The position numbers were made by a program, and so were the translations under genes. Source: Eledone cirrhosa (Eukaryota). Taken from it: a DNA stretch of 64,000 bases. The stretch spans positions 78,182,001-78,246,000 of the forward strand of contig OZ024743.1 in NCBI GenBank assembly GCA_964016885.1, given 5' to 3'. The notes beneath the pieces were generated by a model. That model ran no database searches, was not told where the DNA came from, and was given only the letters and a program-made list of their open reading frames with translations. Each line of letters starts with the position of its first letter. Within the stretch, counting starts at the first letter, position 1. Of this stretch, positions 36,766 through 49,589 are shown piece by piece.

Positions 36766-37205
36766 TTTCTGTCCACACTTTGAAAATGTTCTGTATATTT
36801 TATTATTTGGTTATTTTTCCCAACGTATATTTCACCTATTTTCGAAATAAACTACGTTAGTATATTCTCACCCCTCCACCCTCTCTCTCTCACCATCTAC
36901 CTATTCAAAATCATCTCAAACTCACACCATTCTACCCTTTCACTCATTCATTTGGTGGTTGCCTATGAATGAAGATGGCTTTTAGTTTTCCTCTATGAAT
37001 CTGTAAAGATTTCAACTTATCCCAGCCATCCATTGGATATTTCGTTTCTTTCAGGTATTTCTGTCCACACTTTGAAAACGTTCTGTATACCTTATTATTT
37101 GTTTATTTTCCCCAAAGTATATTTCGACTATTTTCGAAATAAAATATGTTGGTATATTCTCCCCCTCTCACTCTCTCTCTCCAACTCTCTACATATTTGA
37201 ACTCA
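36766..37205 (+). repeat. Direct repeat, ~135-bp unit at ~293-bp spacing
   Basis: tatttctgtccacactttgaaaa.gttctgtata...tattttcgaaataa at ~36766 and ~37058. Confidence 0.75.
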
Positions 37206-37239
37206 TCCCAATCAATCTATCATTTAGTCAGTGACTGTC

Positions 37240-38768
37240 TAAAAGTAAGCCGCTCTAGCTGGTATTTGTTGATCTGGAAAAAGCCTTCGACAGAGTGCCC
37301 AGTGCTATAATCTAGTAGGCTCTTAGAAAACTAGTAGATGAATGGCTTGTGAAGGCTGTACAAGCCATGTATAGGGGAACAGTCAGTAAAGTTAGGGTTA
37401 ACAATGACTATAGCGAGGAATTTAGCACACAGGTTGGTGTCCAGCAGGGCTCTGTTCTTAGCCCTCTCCTGTTTATTATCGTATTGCAGGCTATAACAGA
37501 GGAGTTTAAGACCGGATGCCCATGGGAACGTCTGTACGCGGATGATCTTACACTTATAACTAATCTATAGTGGAACAAGAGAAGAAATTCCAAACATGGA
37601 AGCAGGTCCTAGAAAGACGGGGTCTCAAAGTCAACCTGACAAAGACTAAGGTCCTAGTAAGTAGAAGAGAAAACAGAACCCAGATCCATTCAGGGAAATG
37701 GCATTGCTGAGTATGTAAGAAAGGTGTAGGTAGAATTTTCATCCTTTGCCCCATATGAAAACAATGTGTACACAAGATATGTAGTGGGATGTATGGAAGT
37801 TTAGCTAAGAATGTAGGCTTTACATGTAACAGCTGCACTGGAACAGTAAGCAGTAAATGATCACAAGAAACAAGCACTACCAAATTCTGGGAGGGCTTGG
37901 TAGAAACAGTAGACAGCTTCTGCTACCTAAGTGAGCGAATTAGCAGTGAAGGTGGGTCTTCTGAAAGTACAGTAGCCCGATTAAGAATGGGATGGAGCAA
38001 GTTCAGGGAGTTACTACCACTGCAAGCTGCAAAAGAGTTTTCCCTCAAAATGAAAAGCAGACTGTATGATTCGTGCATATGAACAGCAATGTAGCATGAT
38101 AGTGAGACCTGGGCGTTGTGGACAAGACTTGGTAGATTAGAAAGAAATGAAGATTGCATGCTCCGATGGATGTGTAATATATGCGAATGTGTAATATACG
38201 CGAATGGCAAATCATAAATGAATTAAGAGAGAGACTAGGCATCAGAGGAATCAAATGTTGTGTGCAGGAGAGGAGATTATGTTGGTATGGATATGTGATG
38301 CGTTTGAAGGATGACAGCTGCATATAAAGGTGCAGAGCACTAAAAGTCGATGGATGTCTTGGAGTAGGGAGACTCAAGAAGACCTGGGATGAGGTGATAA
38401 AAGCTGATCTTACCCAATTGCACCTCTCAAAGGCAATGACACAGACTGAGACTGCTGGCGTTATGCAGTAACACAGAAGACCCTTCTTCTCATGGGTACA
38501 AGCTGAAGTTGAAGCATATAGACAGTATGGCCCCAGGTGTCATGACAAAAAATCACTCAGTCCACACTATAAAGTGGTCATGTAGTAGCCATGTTAAAAA
38601 ACACCCAGTACCCACTGTAAATGAGGTTGATGTTAGGAAGGGCATCCAGCTGTAGAAATCAAGCCAAAATCAGTTCTGTATGAGCAAGACATAGACACCT
38701 TACCTGGCAACAGGACAACCCGTCTAACCCATGCTAACGTGGAAGAATGGACGTAAAAAGGTGATGAT
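37240..38768 (+). mobile_element. Degenerate RTE-type LINE (paralog of 33165-34990)
   Basis: DLEKAFDRV, GVQQGS, YADD, decayed PHD, same 3' tail, multiple stops. Confidence 0.88.
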
Positions 38769-38789
38769 TATTATTATTAATATTATTGT

Positions 38790-39768
38790 TCTTTGAGTCT
38801 CGGTCATTGATGTTATTTAAATGGAAAGTTTGTTGAAATGAATATCAAGCCACTACCTGCAGCCTCAGATATTCAGGATGTATCGCAGGGTTCTTGCTGT
38901 TACCAGCAAGCATGCCTTTTGAAGTGTTCCAAAAAGCAGGGCGGGACCAATTTTCTTTAACCATCCTTGGAAACTCTTTGAGATATACCTAGTGCGCCTA
39001 TGACAATCGGGACCACTTTGACATCATGGCAGTTCCAAATCCTTTTTACCTCCCACTTTAAGTCATGGTATCGATTAATTTTCTGTCTCTCCTTCTCTTG
39101 CACTCTCGTGTCGAATGGGCAGGCTACATCCACAATCAGGCACAATCTTTTTTCCTTGTCCAAAACCACCAGGTCAGGTCTATTGTGTTCCAGTTTCTTG
39201 TCCGTCTGTATCCTAAAATCCCACAGCACCTTCATCTGATCGTTTTCTATCACCGACTCTGGCTTATGCTCATACTTCTCAGAATGTGGTAAATTGTTTA
39301 CTTTGCATAGGTGCCAGTGGATCACCCTGCCCATCACATCATGTCTCCAGCCTTTATAGTGAGTCTGGGCTAGGTGTTTACACTCGGATACAATGTGAGC
39401 CACAGTCTCCTCTCTCTCTCCACAGATCCTACACAGTGGGCTAGCCTCCTCCTTATAAATATGGCGTTTCAGCCACTTCGTTTTGAGGGCCTGCTCTTGC
39501 GCAGCCATAAGCATTCCTTCTGTAGCTTTTTTAAGGTCTCCTCTTTTCAACCAGTTCCATGACTGTGGATCTCTAAATTCAGTTTTCTCAAAGAAGGTAC
39601 TATGAAGGGATTTTTCATGAAGGTTGCTCTTCCTCCTTGTTGTTATTTCCTCCTTGGACATCCCCTGGTCTATTGTCCTCTCCTTCAGTACAATTCTGAG
39701 CATTGGCTCCCTACTATCAGTCACATATTTGTGTAGGTTGTTTTTCTCCATCTGAACACAGTCCTCTA
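38790..39768 (-). mobile_element. 5'-truncated R4/Dong-type LINE (CCHC + REL endonuclease)
   Basis: AAQEQAL, CRICGEREETVAHIVSEC, RHD, RPDLVV..IVDVACP..K..Y, VPIVIGALG. (TAA)n at both ends. Confidence 0.88.
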
Positions 39769-39782
39769 TATTATTATTATTA

Positions 39783-42700
39783 TAGTTGCATTTATCTTGC
39801 TTTATGTTCATACGAGTTATCACCAAGTCACAACCAGTGACCTCAAGAGACAACAAGCTCCGCCATGTTCAAGAAAGAACATACATACACACACATTCAT
39901 CTTTAGGTGTTTAGACTTGTGATGTACTTATATTGACAGAATCTTCCTTAGTATATGGGCAGTTCCCATTAGTACTATCTTTTGTATTTCTCCTATACGC
40001 GGGTTACCTGGGATTTGCGATAAGTAATCATTAGACCCCTTAGGTATCATTCCTAGAGCACCTACAACCACTGGTATTGTTTTAGTTCTCAATTTCCACA
40101 TTTTTCCAATTTCTATCTCCAGGTCCTTATACTTGCTCAATTTTTCAAATGTTTTTATAGATACATTCTTGTCTATTGGAATGGACATATCAATTAGCAG
40201 GCATACCCTCTTTTTAAAGTCCTTCAGTATTATATCAGGTCTATTTGCATCTATTTTTCGGTCTGTTTGGATGCTAAAGTTCCACAAGATTGAGATGTGA
40301 TCTTTTTCAAGTATGGGAGGTGGTTGATCTTCCCACCAATTCTTTTGATGGGACAGGTCAAAATGCTTACACACTACCCCCACCCCTTTCAATGTAAAGT
40401 TATGTTGGTACTACAACATCCAGTCCGAAAAAAATGAGGTCGTGTAGGTGTCACAACAAAAAAACACACAGCCCACGCTGTAATGTGGCCGTGTAGGTAA
40501 CACGGTAAAAACCTCCCAGTTCCACACTGTAAATGTGGTTGGTGTTAGGAAGGGCATCCAGCCGTAGAAAACCCGCTAGACAGTCCTATGCGAGCAAGAC
40601 AACCACTCTTGCCTCAAGTGGGAAAACTCCCGTCCAAACCCATGCAAGCATGGAATATGGACGTTAAACAATGATGATGATGATGATTATCCAATGTATG
40701 TATTGTGCAGCTCTGTCATGCCTGTTTAGGTATTCGGTTGGCGCTATAGGACTGCACATTGAAATTATATGATCAATGGTCTCTGGTTGTTTTTTACATA
40801 CACGGCATAATCGGTTGCATCCATTTTTTATTATGTTTGCAGACACTGATCTTGTGCTGATATAATCAGTCCTTCAGTCTCCGATTTCAGTCCAGAGGAT
40901 GCCAACCACTGATGGGTTAAAGTTTTGTCAACATCAGGATTGTTAACTCTTTCTGGGTATTTTCCATACAGAGGCTTTTCTTACCATTTCTTAGCCAGTT
41001 TCTGTAGCAGTTCTTTCTTTGCAGTTACTTTTACCTGCTTTGCTTTTTCTGTGGTTTCCATTTCAGCAGTAAATGGGACTTCTGAAATTTGTAGTCCATT
41101 ACTGTATCTTTGTGCATCTTTTGTAATGGAGCATGATCTTTTGATGCTTTCGTGTTTCAAAACGAGTTTGATCATCTAATCATGTGATTCCCTTAGATAT
41201 GTAGATAATCCAATTGTTGCAGTTTTCAATGCAATATCTAACTGGATTAACCCAGGTCCTGCTTCTTTCCTAGGGAGATATATTCTATCTGTATCTGCCT
41301 TAGGGTGATGCATTCTGTGCATGGTTAAGAATTTTCGAATTTTTGTATCGAGCCTACGGATCTCTGTGCTTGACCAGTTGATGACATTGTAACTGTAGGT
41401 TACTACTGGTATGGCAAGCGTGTTTATGGCATCGATCCTATTCCTTGCATTCAATTCCGTTCTTAAGATTGCTCTTACTCTGCGGTAACATTCCTTCCTT
41501 ATCCTTTCCCTCATTGTCGAGTGCTTGATTCCGTCTCCTTCACAAACACCTAGATATTTGTAAGTTTCCTCTTGATCAAGTTCTCTTATCACATTCCCCC
41601 GATCAAGATTAATGTCTGAACTTTTCAGCAGCTTTCCTCTGGTGAACGTTGCTTTGGCACATTTATCTAGTCCAAACTCCATTTTAATGTCATCACTGAA
41701 CTGCTCCACAGTGGATAATAGCCCTTGCAATTTTTCATCATTTTTTGCAAATAGTTTCAGGTCATCCATGTAGAACAAGTGATTAATGGATTTGTTATAG
41801 ACTTTATATCCATGTTTTGTTTCATTGAGCATTTTACTTAATGGTATAAGTGCGATGCAGAATAAAAGCGGTGATAAAGAGTCACCCTGAGAAATTCCAC
41901 AATTAATATTAACTTCTCCAGCTTCCAGTGATTTTTTTTCACTATTCAAAAGGAGTGTCGTTTTCCATGTCTTCATACTGAATGACAGGAACCTCCTGAC
42001 AACGGGAGATATTTTGAAAATGTCTAAACATTTTTCAATCCAACTGTGTGGCAAACTATCGAATGCTTTTTTATAATCTATCCAAGCAATTGATAGATTT
42101 TTGTGTCTATTATGACAATCTTCCAGTATCATTTTGTTAACCAAAAGCTGATCCTTACAACCATATGAGCCTCGTTTACACCCTTTCTGCTCATTAGGAA
42201 ATAGATCATTTATCAGGTGGTCATATGTATATTCAGTTAGGACTGATGTTAAAATGTTATACATTGTGGTCAAGCAAGTTATCGGTCTGTAATTTTGGGG
42301 ATTGTTTGTCTCATCATTCTTCGGAAGCAGGAATGTAATGCCGTTAACTAGCCATGATGGTATCTTTTCTGGCTCCTTAACTATTTCATTGTAAAGTTGG
42401 GCTAATAGCTCATGAGACTCTGTAAAGGCATTTATCCAAAAATTGGTATTTTGTCTTTTCCTGGGGATTTCCATTTGCTGGTTTTTCTAAGAGCCAAACG
42501 CAACTGTTCAACTGTTATATTTTCCCATATTTGTTCCTCAAGGTGAGCTATCTTTCATTTGTCTGTCTATCCATGGGGCATGTATATTATGAACTTTTTC
42601 TTCGACCCAGATATTTTCTCAGAATTCTTGCACTTCCTCCTTGGGTGGTATTGATTTAGCAGTTATTGTTGACTTGCCAATTTTTCTGTAGAAGTTTCTT

Positions 42701-44013
42701 TGGTAGTTTTTAAACATATTATTGTCCTTATAGAATCTAGATCGTTTTTCAAAGCGCCTTATACGAGCAGCTTTGGCCGATACTTTTTGCTTGATTATTT
42801 CTATCAGCATGTCTATGTCACTTGTTGATTTTATACTGTATTTCCTTTTCAATTTTCTAAGTTTAGTTTGTTTAACATGTTCACCTACTTTGTTGTTTGT
42901 TAAAATTTCTATCTCAGATCGGAGAAGGTTTATTTGGCGATTGATGTTCTCTTGCCAAGTAGATTTCTTGTGGGAATTCCTTTGTTTTGTCATTTTCACT
43001 TCACATAAGTGAGTGGTGACTTTAGCTGATGCATAATAGAGATGATTTAAATTAGTAATGTTTAGTTTGTTTGTGATGATAATGTTTTTGAGAATTATGT
43101 TAGTCTTGTGTATTATCATTTGGTTCTGTTTGGAGTTCTGGATCTTAGAGAGAGTGTCTCGTTCCCCCATGTCACATTCTTTCATTTTCCTCCATTCGAT
43201 CATAATTTCATCCTTCAAGTTGGCAAGTTCATTCTCATTCATTTCTTTATCATTTACAATTTCATTGTTTTCATTTTTAGTTTCATCATGAAACTCCCTC
43301 CACTTTTTCGATCCTTTCTTTAATTTGTTCTGTTGTCAGTGATTCCGCCCCAACCCTGGGATTCAAAGTGTTACAATTTACCTCGTTTTCACTGACACAT
43401 GTTTCATTTTCCCTTCGCTGACTTTGTGCTAATAGCTTGATCTGATCAATTTCTATATCAGTTAGTAACTTTTTTTTAACAATATTTCTTCGTATATTGG
43501 CTAGTTTGTTACTGTCAATATAGCCTCTGTTTTGGGGATGTTTCTTTTTCCAGTTGATATATGTCTGTTCTATATTCGATCTATTTGATGGGTAGTACAT
43601 GGCAGTGTAGAAAGCCTCAAGAACTTCTTTATTGTCTTCCCTTGACCATTTTTCTCTCTTTTTCTTTGGATTTCTTGGTGGTGAGCATGGAGGGCCAATA
43701 GTAGGAGTATTCCGGTTATGGAAGATCTCCAGCTCCGAAGTGATGGAAAGGTTTGAACCATTAGCTGATTTTTCGACCCCAGTCTGGTTCCTCTCTGAGG
43801 GACGCGGCCCTTTTTGACCCGGGTGACGGCCGATCCGGTATGAGATTTTATCATTTGACATTTACTTTATTTTGTCGTGTTTTATCCTTAACCGCCAAGG
43901 GGTAATCATTTCGTGTTACCACTTCTGGGACGAGTGTCAACCAAGACGAGGAGTCGTCCTCCCCTAGAGACACGGCTATTCTCCGCCGGCCGCCATCCCG
44001 GTATTTCTTGGTC
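39783..44013 (-). mobile_element. Near full-length R4/Dong-type LINE, disrupted and interrupted by a SINE (40372-40690)
   Basis: Broken single ORF from 43861: N-terminal KWSREDN, RT (NYRPITCL, DYKKAFD, QGDSLSP, YMDD), CRVC...HIISMC, RPDIIL..LIDMSIP..KY REL domain. (TAA)n 3' junction. Confidence 0.92.
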
Positions 44014-45063
44014 ATGGGGTTTTATTTTTTGTTATTTTTTTAAATTGTTATTATCATGAGTGGTTCCTTAATATGAGCATTGCATGGCTTAAGAATGAAA
44101 TTATTATTAATAATATAATATACTTTTTGTTGAAGTTGCCTGTTATTATTGTTGGCTATGTTGATGGTGGTGCTGGGGCTTTTTCTATTGTTGGTTGGGA
44201 ACGGGGGAGCCAGCAGTGCCATAGTCGTTGATGTTTGACCGGGTCACTAAGTCAGTCTATTTATATCTTTTGCTAGCCTCTCCCTTGTCTAGTGATACCG
44301 CCACCTTCCCCTTTCTTAAGTTAACAGAAGGTAGTGGGGGAATAGTGGTGGTAGCAAAGAAGGAGTGGTGGCGGCAGTGATGGGATAGTGGTAGCAATGA
44401 TGGAGTGGTGGCGGCGGTGACTATAGTGATGGCGTTGTCGTTACTGAGTTTTGTTGAATAGACTGTAGTAGTATGCGTTTGTTTGATCTGTGTATCTATG
44501 CGGTTTGTCGCGTATGTTTAATATATGTGTTGACATATTTTCTTAATATTTGAATTGAACATTTTGAGAAAACTTGAGATACAATAATAGTAATTATTAT
44601 TATTATGCTGGGATTGGTGGTGGTGGTGGTGAAATTGCCGTTATAACCATTCTTCCATTTATAACCATTTTCTTTTTTGAATATAAAATTTATAATACAA
44701 AATTGAATATTTGAGCGATATAACAGGATATTATGGATCCGAATTTTCTGAGAGTTGAGTCTGGAGCTTTATGTCTCATTTGTACTAGGAATTGTTATAT
44801 CACAATTGTTTTAAATATGTTAAAAATCAAAAATTTACGGGAGCGATTCCATAACATTCTATCCACCACGTGCGTCATCTTCCCTTCTTCTTCTTCTTAT
44901 CATTATTATTTCCTTATGGGGTCGATAAAATAAAGTACCAGTAATACACTGGGTAATTGCTGGCCTTGTGCCAAAAGTAGAAACAATTATTATTATTGTT
45001 ATTGTATATTTTTTTTTCTTTCTGTTTGAGAAAAAGATTTAGTTGAATAAAAATATATCTTAC

Positions 45064-45167
45064 CTGTCAGCTAAATCACCAAATACCAGTGATCCAATAA
45101 GGTAACCAGCAAAATATACTGACTGTAAAGTGGATCTTAACCATTTCCTCTCACACACTAAATCAAA
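45064..45167 (-). CDS. SLC22/Orct-like transporter, coding exon 3
   Basis: Not in the ORF track. ttacag acceptor, ag|gtaag donor, 104 nt, [34 protein letters not shown](R): SLC22 signature plus first half of MFS motif A. Confidence 0.95.
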
Positions 45168-45299
45168 CTGTAAGAAATTAAACAAAGTTATGAATAATAT
45201 TTCCAATTTTGCTTATTTTATCATTTTGCCATAAAAAATACTTTAGAAATACAGTTATGAGGGCTTCTACCTCTGTTGACAACAAAAGACCCCTCACTA

Positions 45300-45760
45300 C
45301 AAACGAAAGTCTGGTTGTTTCATGCCTGTGTGTGATGTGCAATGCTGCATGGTAGTGAGATATACATAATGAGTGCTGAGGTTATATGAAGACTGGAGAG
45401 AAATGAAGCAAGAATGCTTCAGTTGATGTCTAATGTTAATGCATGTGAATGACAAAACATAGATGAGCTGAGAGAGAAATTGAATATGAAAGGAATCAGA
45501 TGTACTGTGCAAGACAGAAGTTTGCTCTGGTATCAACATGTGATGCATGTGGATGATGATTGTTGGGTGATGAAGTGCCAAGAAATCCAAGTGGAGATAA
45601 GCTGCAGCAGAGGGAAACCAAGGGAGACTTGGATGGAGGTAGTGAAAGCTGATCTCAAATCACTGAAGGTCCCAGTGAAAATGATGGAGTATACCGAGCT
45701 GAAAAAGACTTGCCCAGCTCATGCAACCATGTGAAAGCAAACATAAAATGATGATGATGA
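45300..45760 (+). mobile_element. RTE-type LINE 3' fragment
   Basis: MLHGSE, WYQHVMHV, SRGKPRETW, (gat)n tail. Confidence 0.8.
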
Positions 45761-45839
45761 TAGCTTTGTTACAATTTATTATAGAAATCAAATATTACTT
45801 ACTCCATAAAAGAATTGGTTACAGACTAGTTAATAATAA

Positions 45840-46532
45840 AGATTTCTACTATTGGCACAAGTTCAGCAATTTGGTGGCAGGTGAAATCAATTAAATTGAT
45901 GCCAGTGCACAGGTGTGAGCCTCGCCAATTGGAATGGCTCTTCCAGCGCATCTCCCTTACCATCCTCCGGGGAAACGCCTTCTCCATTCTGTCCGCCAGG
46001 GCTGTTGGGAGGCCAGCACATGGGACCCCATTTGCTCACCATACAGAGAGATGTGGAGGGCGAGAGAGATGGAGGCGATGACAGTGGGAGTCCATATCCT
46101 TGTGGTTGTGTTCATTAAGCAGTTAATGATACCCTTGATTATGCTACATCTTCTTTGTCCCAGCTCTCCCTGTATATCATTGTGCTCCCCATATTACACG
46201 TCTCGCTTGCTGGCTAACTACTTAATATTTCCCTCACCCCCGTACGCTGTTAATCTCTCACATATCTACGTAGCTAATCAACTTCTTATAATACTTTCTT
46301 CCTTCTTTTCCTTGCCTCAACACCACCATTTCTTTCTCCTTCCACATTAATATAGCGTAACAAAGACAGGAAACCAGCAAACAGACACTGATACAAAGCT
46401 TGATCTTTTTATCGACCCTGTAAGGATGAAAGGTAAAGTTAATATTGGTGGGATTTGAACTCAAAGCATAAAGGGCCGTAACACTATGCCGCAAAGCAGG
46501 GTGTCTGATGCTCTACTAACACTGCAGCTCTT
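45840..46532 (-). mobile_element. tRNA-derived SINE with 15-bp TSD, interrupted by a CRE-like fragment
   Basis: TSD actagttaataataa at 45825-45839 and 46533-46547. SINE head/body at 46400-46532, tail at 45840-45900, insert WLFQRISLTILRGNAFSIL on the + strand. Confidence 0.72.
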
Positions 46533-46598
46533 ACTAGTTAATAATAATGATGTGATCTTACCTCTCGTTTCACTAGATTTAATAGATTATCAACTCAC

Positions 46599-46969
46599 CT
46601 CACTTACAGTTGAAGAAAAATTGTCTGTCATAAACTTCCGTCCATAGGAACAGGGTAGTGTAGATAAATTACTGGGTGACATTGAATAATATATCTCAGT
46701 GATACTGTTGTTATACACAAAACATTGATTGGGGCCAGGTTGAAACATGTGTAAATATTGATTCTCTGTAAGATTTGTAGGAATTGTAGAAGCATTAAAG
46801 TCTGGAGGGTAGCATAAGAAAGGGACGTTGGCACTGATAAATATCAAACTCATTGATGGGGAATCTATGCCAAATTTCAGGGAGAATAATAAAATGAACA
46901 ACTGGCGTTGATAAGGACCATAAGTAAAACATTTTTCCAGTAGTAGTTTGATATTAGTAGTTGATATTT
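46599..46969 (-). CDS. SLC22/Orct-like transporter, coding exon 2 (TM1 + large extracellular loop)
   Basis: tttcag acceptor, gag|gtgagt donor, 371 nt. Encodes LLEKCFTYGPYQRQLF, loop cysteines, several N-x-S/T sequons, and ends SSTVSE as in the SLC22 'TIVSE/WDLVC' motif. Confidence 0.9.
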
Positions 46970-47961
46970 CTGAAATTAGAAATAACAAATGTTAAAAATC
47001 ATATAATCTAGAATAGTATCTATAATCTATCATATTATATCTGCTGGCATACGTATGTTATGTGGTTTAACGGAAAGGAAAAAAAGAAAGAGAAAAGAGT
47101 GTTTATTGGAGGTTTATAACAGTGCGAGGCAGAAGAAAGGGAACGCTATCTACTAACAGTATGTTTGGAAGATTTGGTAAATATTTATTCTTTTGCTGGG
47201 TTCTTTCATTAGACTGCAGTCATGCTGGGGCAGTGGCTTGAGAAGATTTAGTTGATAATATAAACCTCAGTACTTATTTTTTCAAGTCTGGTACTTATTT
47301 TAGAAATTTATTTTTTCAAACATCCAGATATGATCACCCCCTCCCCCTCCAACCCACCAACATCCACATCCACACACACACACACACACACATACATACA
47401 AATCTCATTATTGCATAGTAGATAAGGGCAGTGGATTGGCAGTATCGGTAGAGTGTCAGACAATATGCTTTGCGGTATATAATAGTTAGGTTCCTTTCTG
47501 TTCTGAGTTCAAATCCTGCTGAGGTTAGCTTTGTCTTTCGTCCTTATGGGGTTGATAAAATAATGTATCAGTCATAAACTGGGGTCTGTTTAATCGACTT
47601 TCTCCTTCGCTTCAAATTTCTGCAGTGTATGGTCAAAGGTTCCTGTTATATTGACGACAACACAACAACAATAACAACAACAGCAATATGACTGCTTCTT
47701 AATTTGGTACCATTAATAGCAGACACAGAAAAGGAAGATGACTGTAAAATCAACAGCAGTAGTAACAGACACAAGAAAGATGTGTTGTATGTAAGGACTA
47801 GCAACTCCTGATGAAGTCGTAGGGAGTGGGTGAGTATAGAGGCGTTTAACAATTCATAAAGATGGATAACTCCTCTGACCTATTTTCTGTCAGGCGTAAA
47901 CACCTCTGACCTGTGTTTAGCATCTCCCAAGGGGTTGGTCTGTCGAGCGTAAACAACTTAC

Positions 47962-48034
47962 CACGGCTTATCCCAGAGGCGGGAAAGCTCAGATTCGGTT
48001 TCGAATCTTCGCCGCCGTTATACATCTCATCCAT
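47962..48034 (-). CDS. SLC22/Orct-like transporter, coding exon 1 (MDEMYNGGEDSKPNLSFPASGISR)
   Basis: Acceptor ttgcag ending at 48055, ATG at 48034, donor G|gtaagt after 47962. The 73-nt coding part (phase 1) joins the phase-1 acceptor of the next exon to give GAA (Glu). No family motif in this short exon. Confidence 0.7.
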
Positions 48035-49143
48035 TTCTTCCTGTAATATGGTATCTGCAAGACACAACACAACTTATATACTATATCGTATTCTCTGATA
48101 CATGCATTCACGTAGCTCGTAGAGCTACCAATTTAATGTAGCGACGGTTTATGTTATAAATAATATTGTTCGATGCGATGTGCAAATCGAATATTGTTAT
48201 TGTAAAATAAACAGTTAACAACTCAATCATGGCATTATTCTTTTCATCAAAACTACCATACAAAGAATACAACCTATCCGTTACAGATCTCAAAAGAATG
48301 AAAGGCAAAGTTGACCTAGGGAAGATTTGAACTCAGTGCATAGTGAGCTGGAAACACATACTGCAAAACATTCTATCTAATGCTTTAATGACTCTACGAA
48401 TTCACCAATATAAGGTACATGCCTGTAGAATCAAGACAGCAGATTCAACTAGTGTAATTATTTGAAAGTTTAATTAATTAGATTTATATTTTAAACTCCG
48501 GTAAAATACAGCAAATTAATACATTTCTTAGGTTAATATACCAACATTTGTAGAAGTAAATTATTATTACAATAATTAGTTTGTAAAATCTTAAGATGTG
48601 TTAATCAAATGACAGGTATAAACAGAAATTAAATTAATCACCTGTATTTAATTGGTTCCCTGTTTTTCGTTGATATACTTCAATTTCAGTCATGTTTAAT
48701 ACACAGTTTTTTTTTTACCTAGAAGAATACTTCAGAGAAGCAAAACAGCAATTAACTCTTGCTACTATATATTTTATGATATATTTATAAATACAGAATA
48801 GAGGCTTTACCTCACATAATATCTCACATAACATTTACAATACTCTTTATATACTATTGTATTTTCACAGTAAAGGCTTTACCTCACATAACATTTACAT
48901 TACTCTCTATATATTTTTCGCCACGTGTTGACACGAGGGAAAAAAAAAAAATAACAAATCGACGTTGGATGACAGTAAGCACATCCAAACTATAAAACAG
49001 CAACATACACACCTATCTATATGTAGCATACACATATATACACACAAAGTGAAAATAAATCAGACTATTTAGTGTGAGAGACTATACTAAAAGTATCGTA
49101 AACTCCAGTAAAACCACTGACTTCATTTCTGTTTAACATGGGT

Positions 49144-49193
<50 letters not shown>

Positions 49194-49235
49194 CTTTTTT
49201 TTTTTAATTATACATACATGCGCAGATCCTTTGGG

Positions 49236-49283
<48 letters not shown>

Positions 49284-49589
49284 AACGAGTAAGACCCCGA
49301 CGGCTGAGCTCAAGCCGTTTCGACGGCTAATTCTATTTACCCACTCTACTACCCTAAGTATTGAGTACTTTGGTGCGTTATGGTCCACCTGGTTCCTTAC
49401 CACATTTCCTTCGTTATATATATATATATATACATACTTTTTTTTTTTTTAATTAAATAAATAATATTATAAATGCTTCGGTAACACTATAAAGGATGAT
49501 ACAATGAAAGATATATTCTTTTAATGTTACAATATTAAAGAAAATGTAAAGGAAGGGGTGAACAACGGAGCCAACACCAGAGCAAAAGA

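Noticed and set aside
46602-46608. Alternative donor t|gtaagt 9 nt upstream of the exon 2 donor
   Set aside because: In frame but would delete VSE from the conserved TVSE-FDLVC motif; no evidence of use.
47805-47850. ctgatga heptamer
   Set aside because: No stem II/GAAA arrangement follows; chance match.
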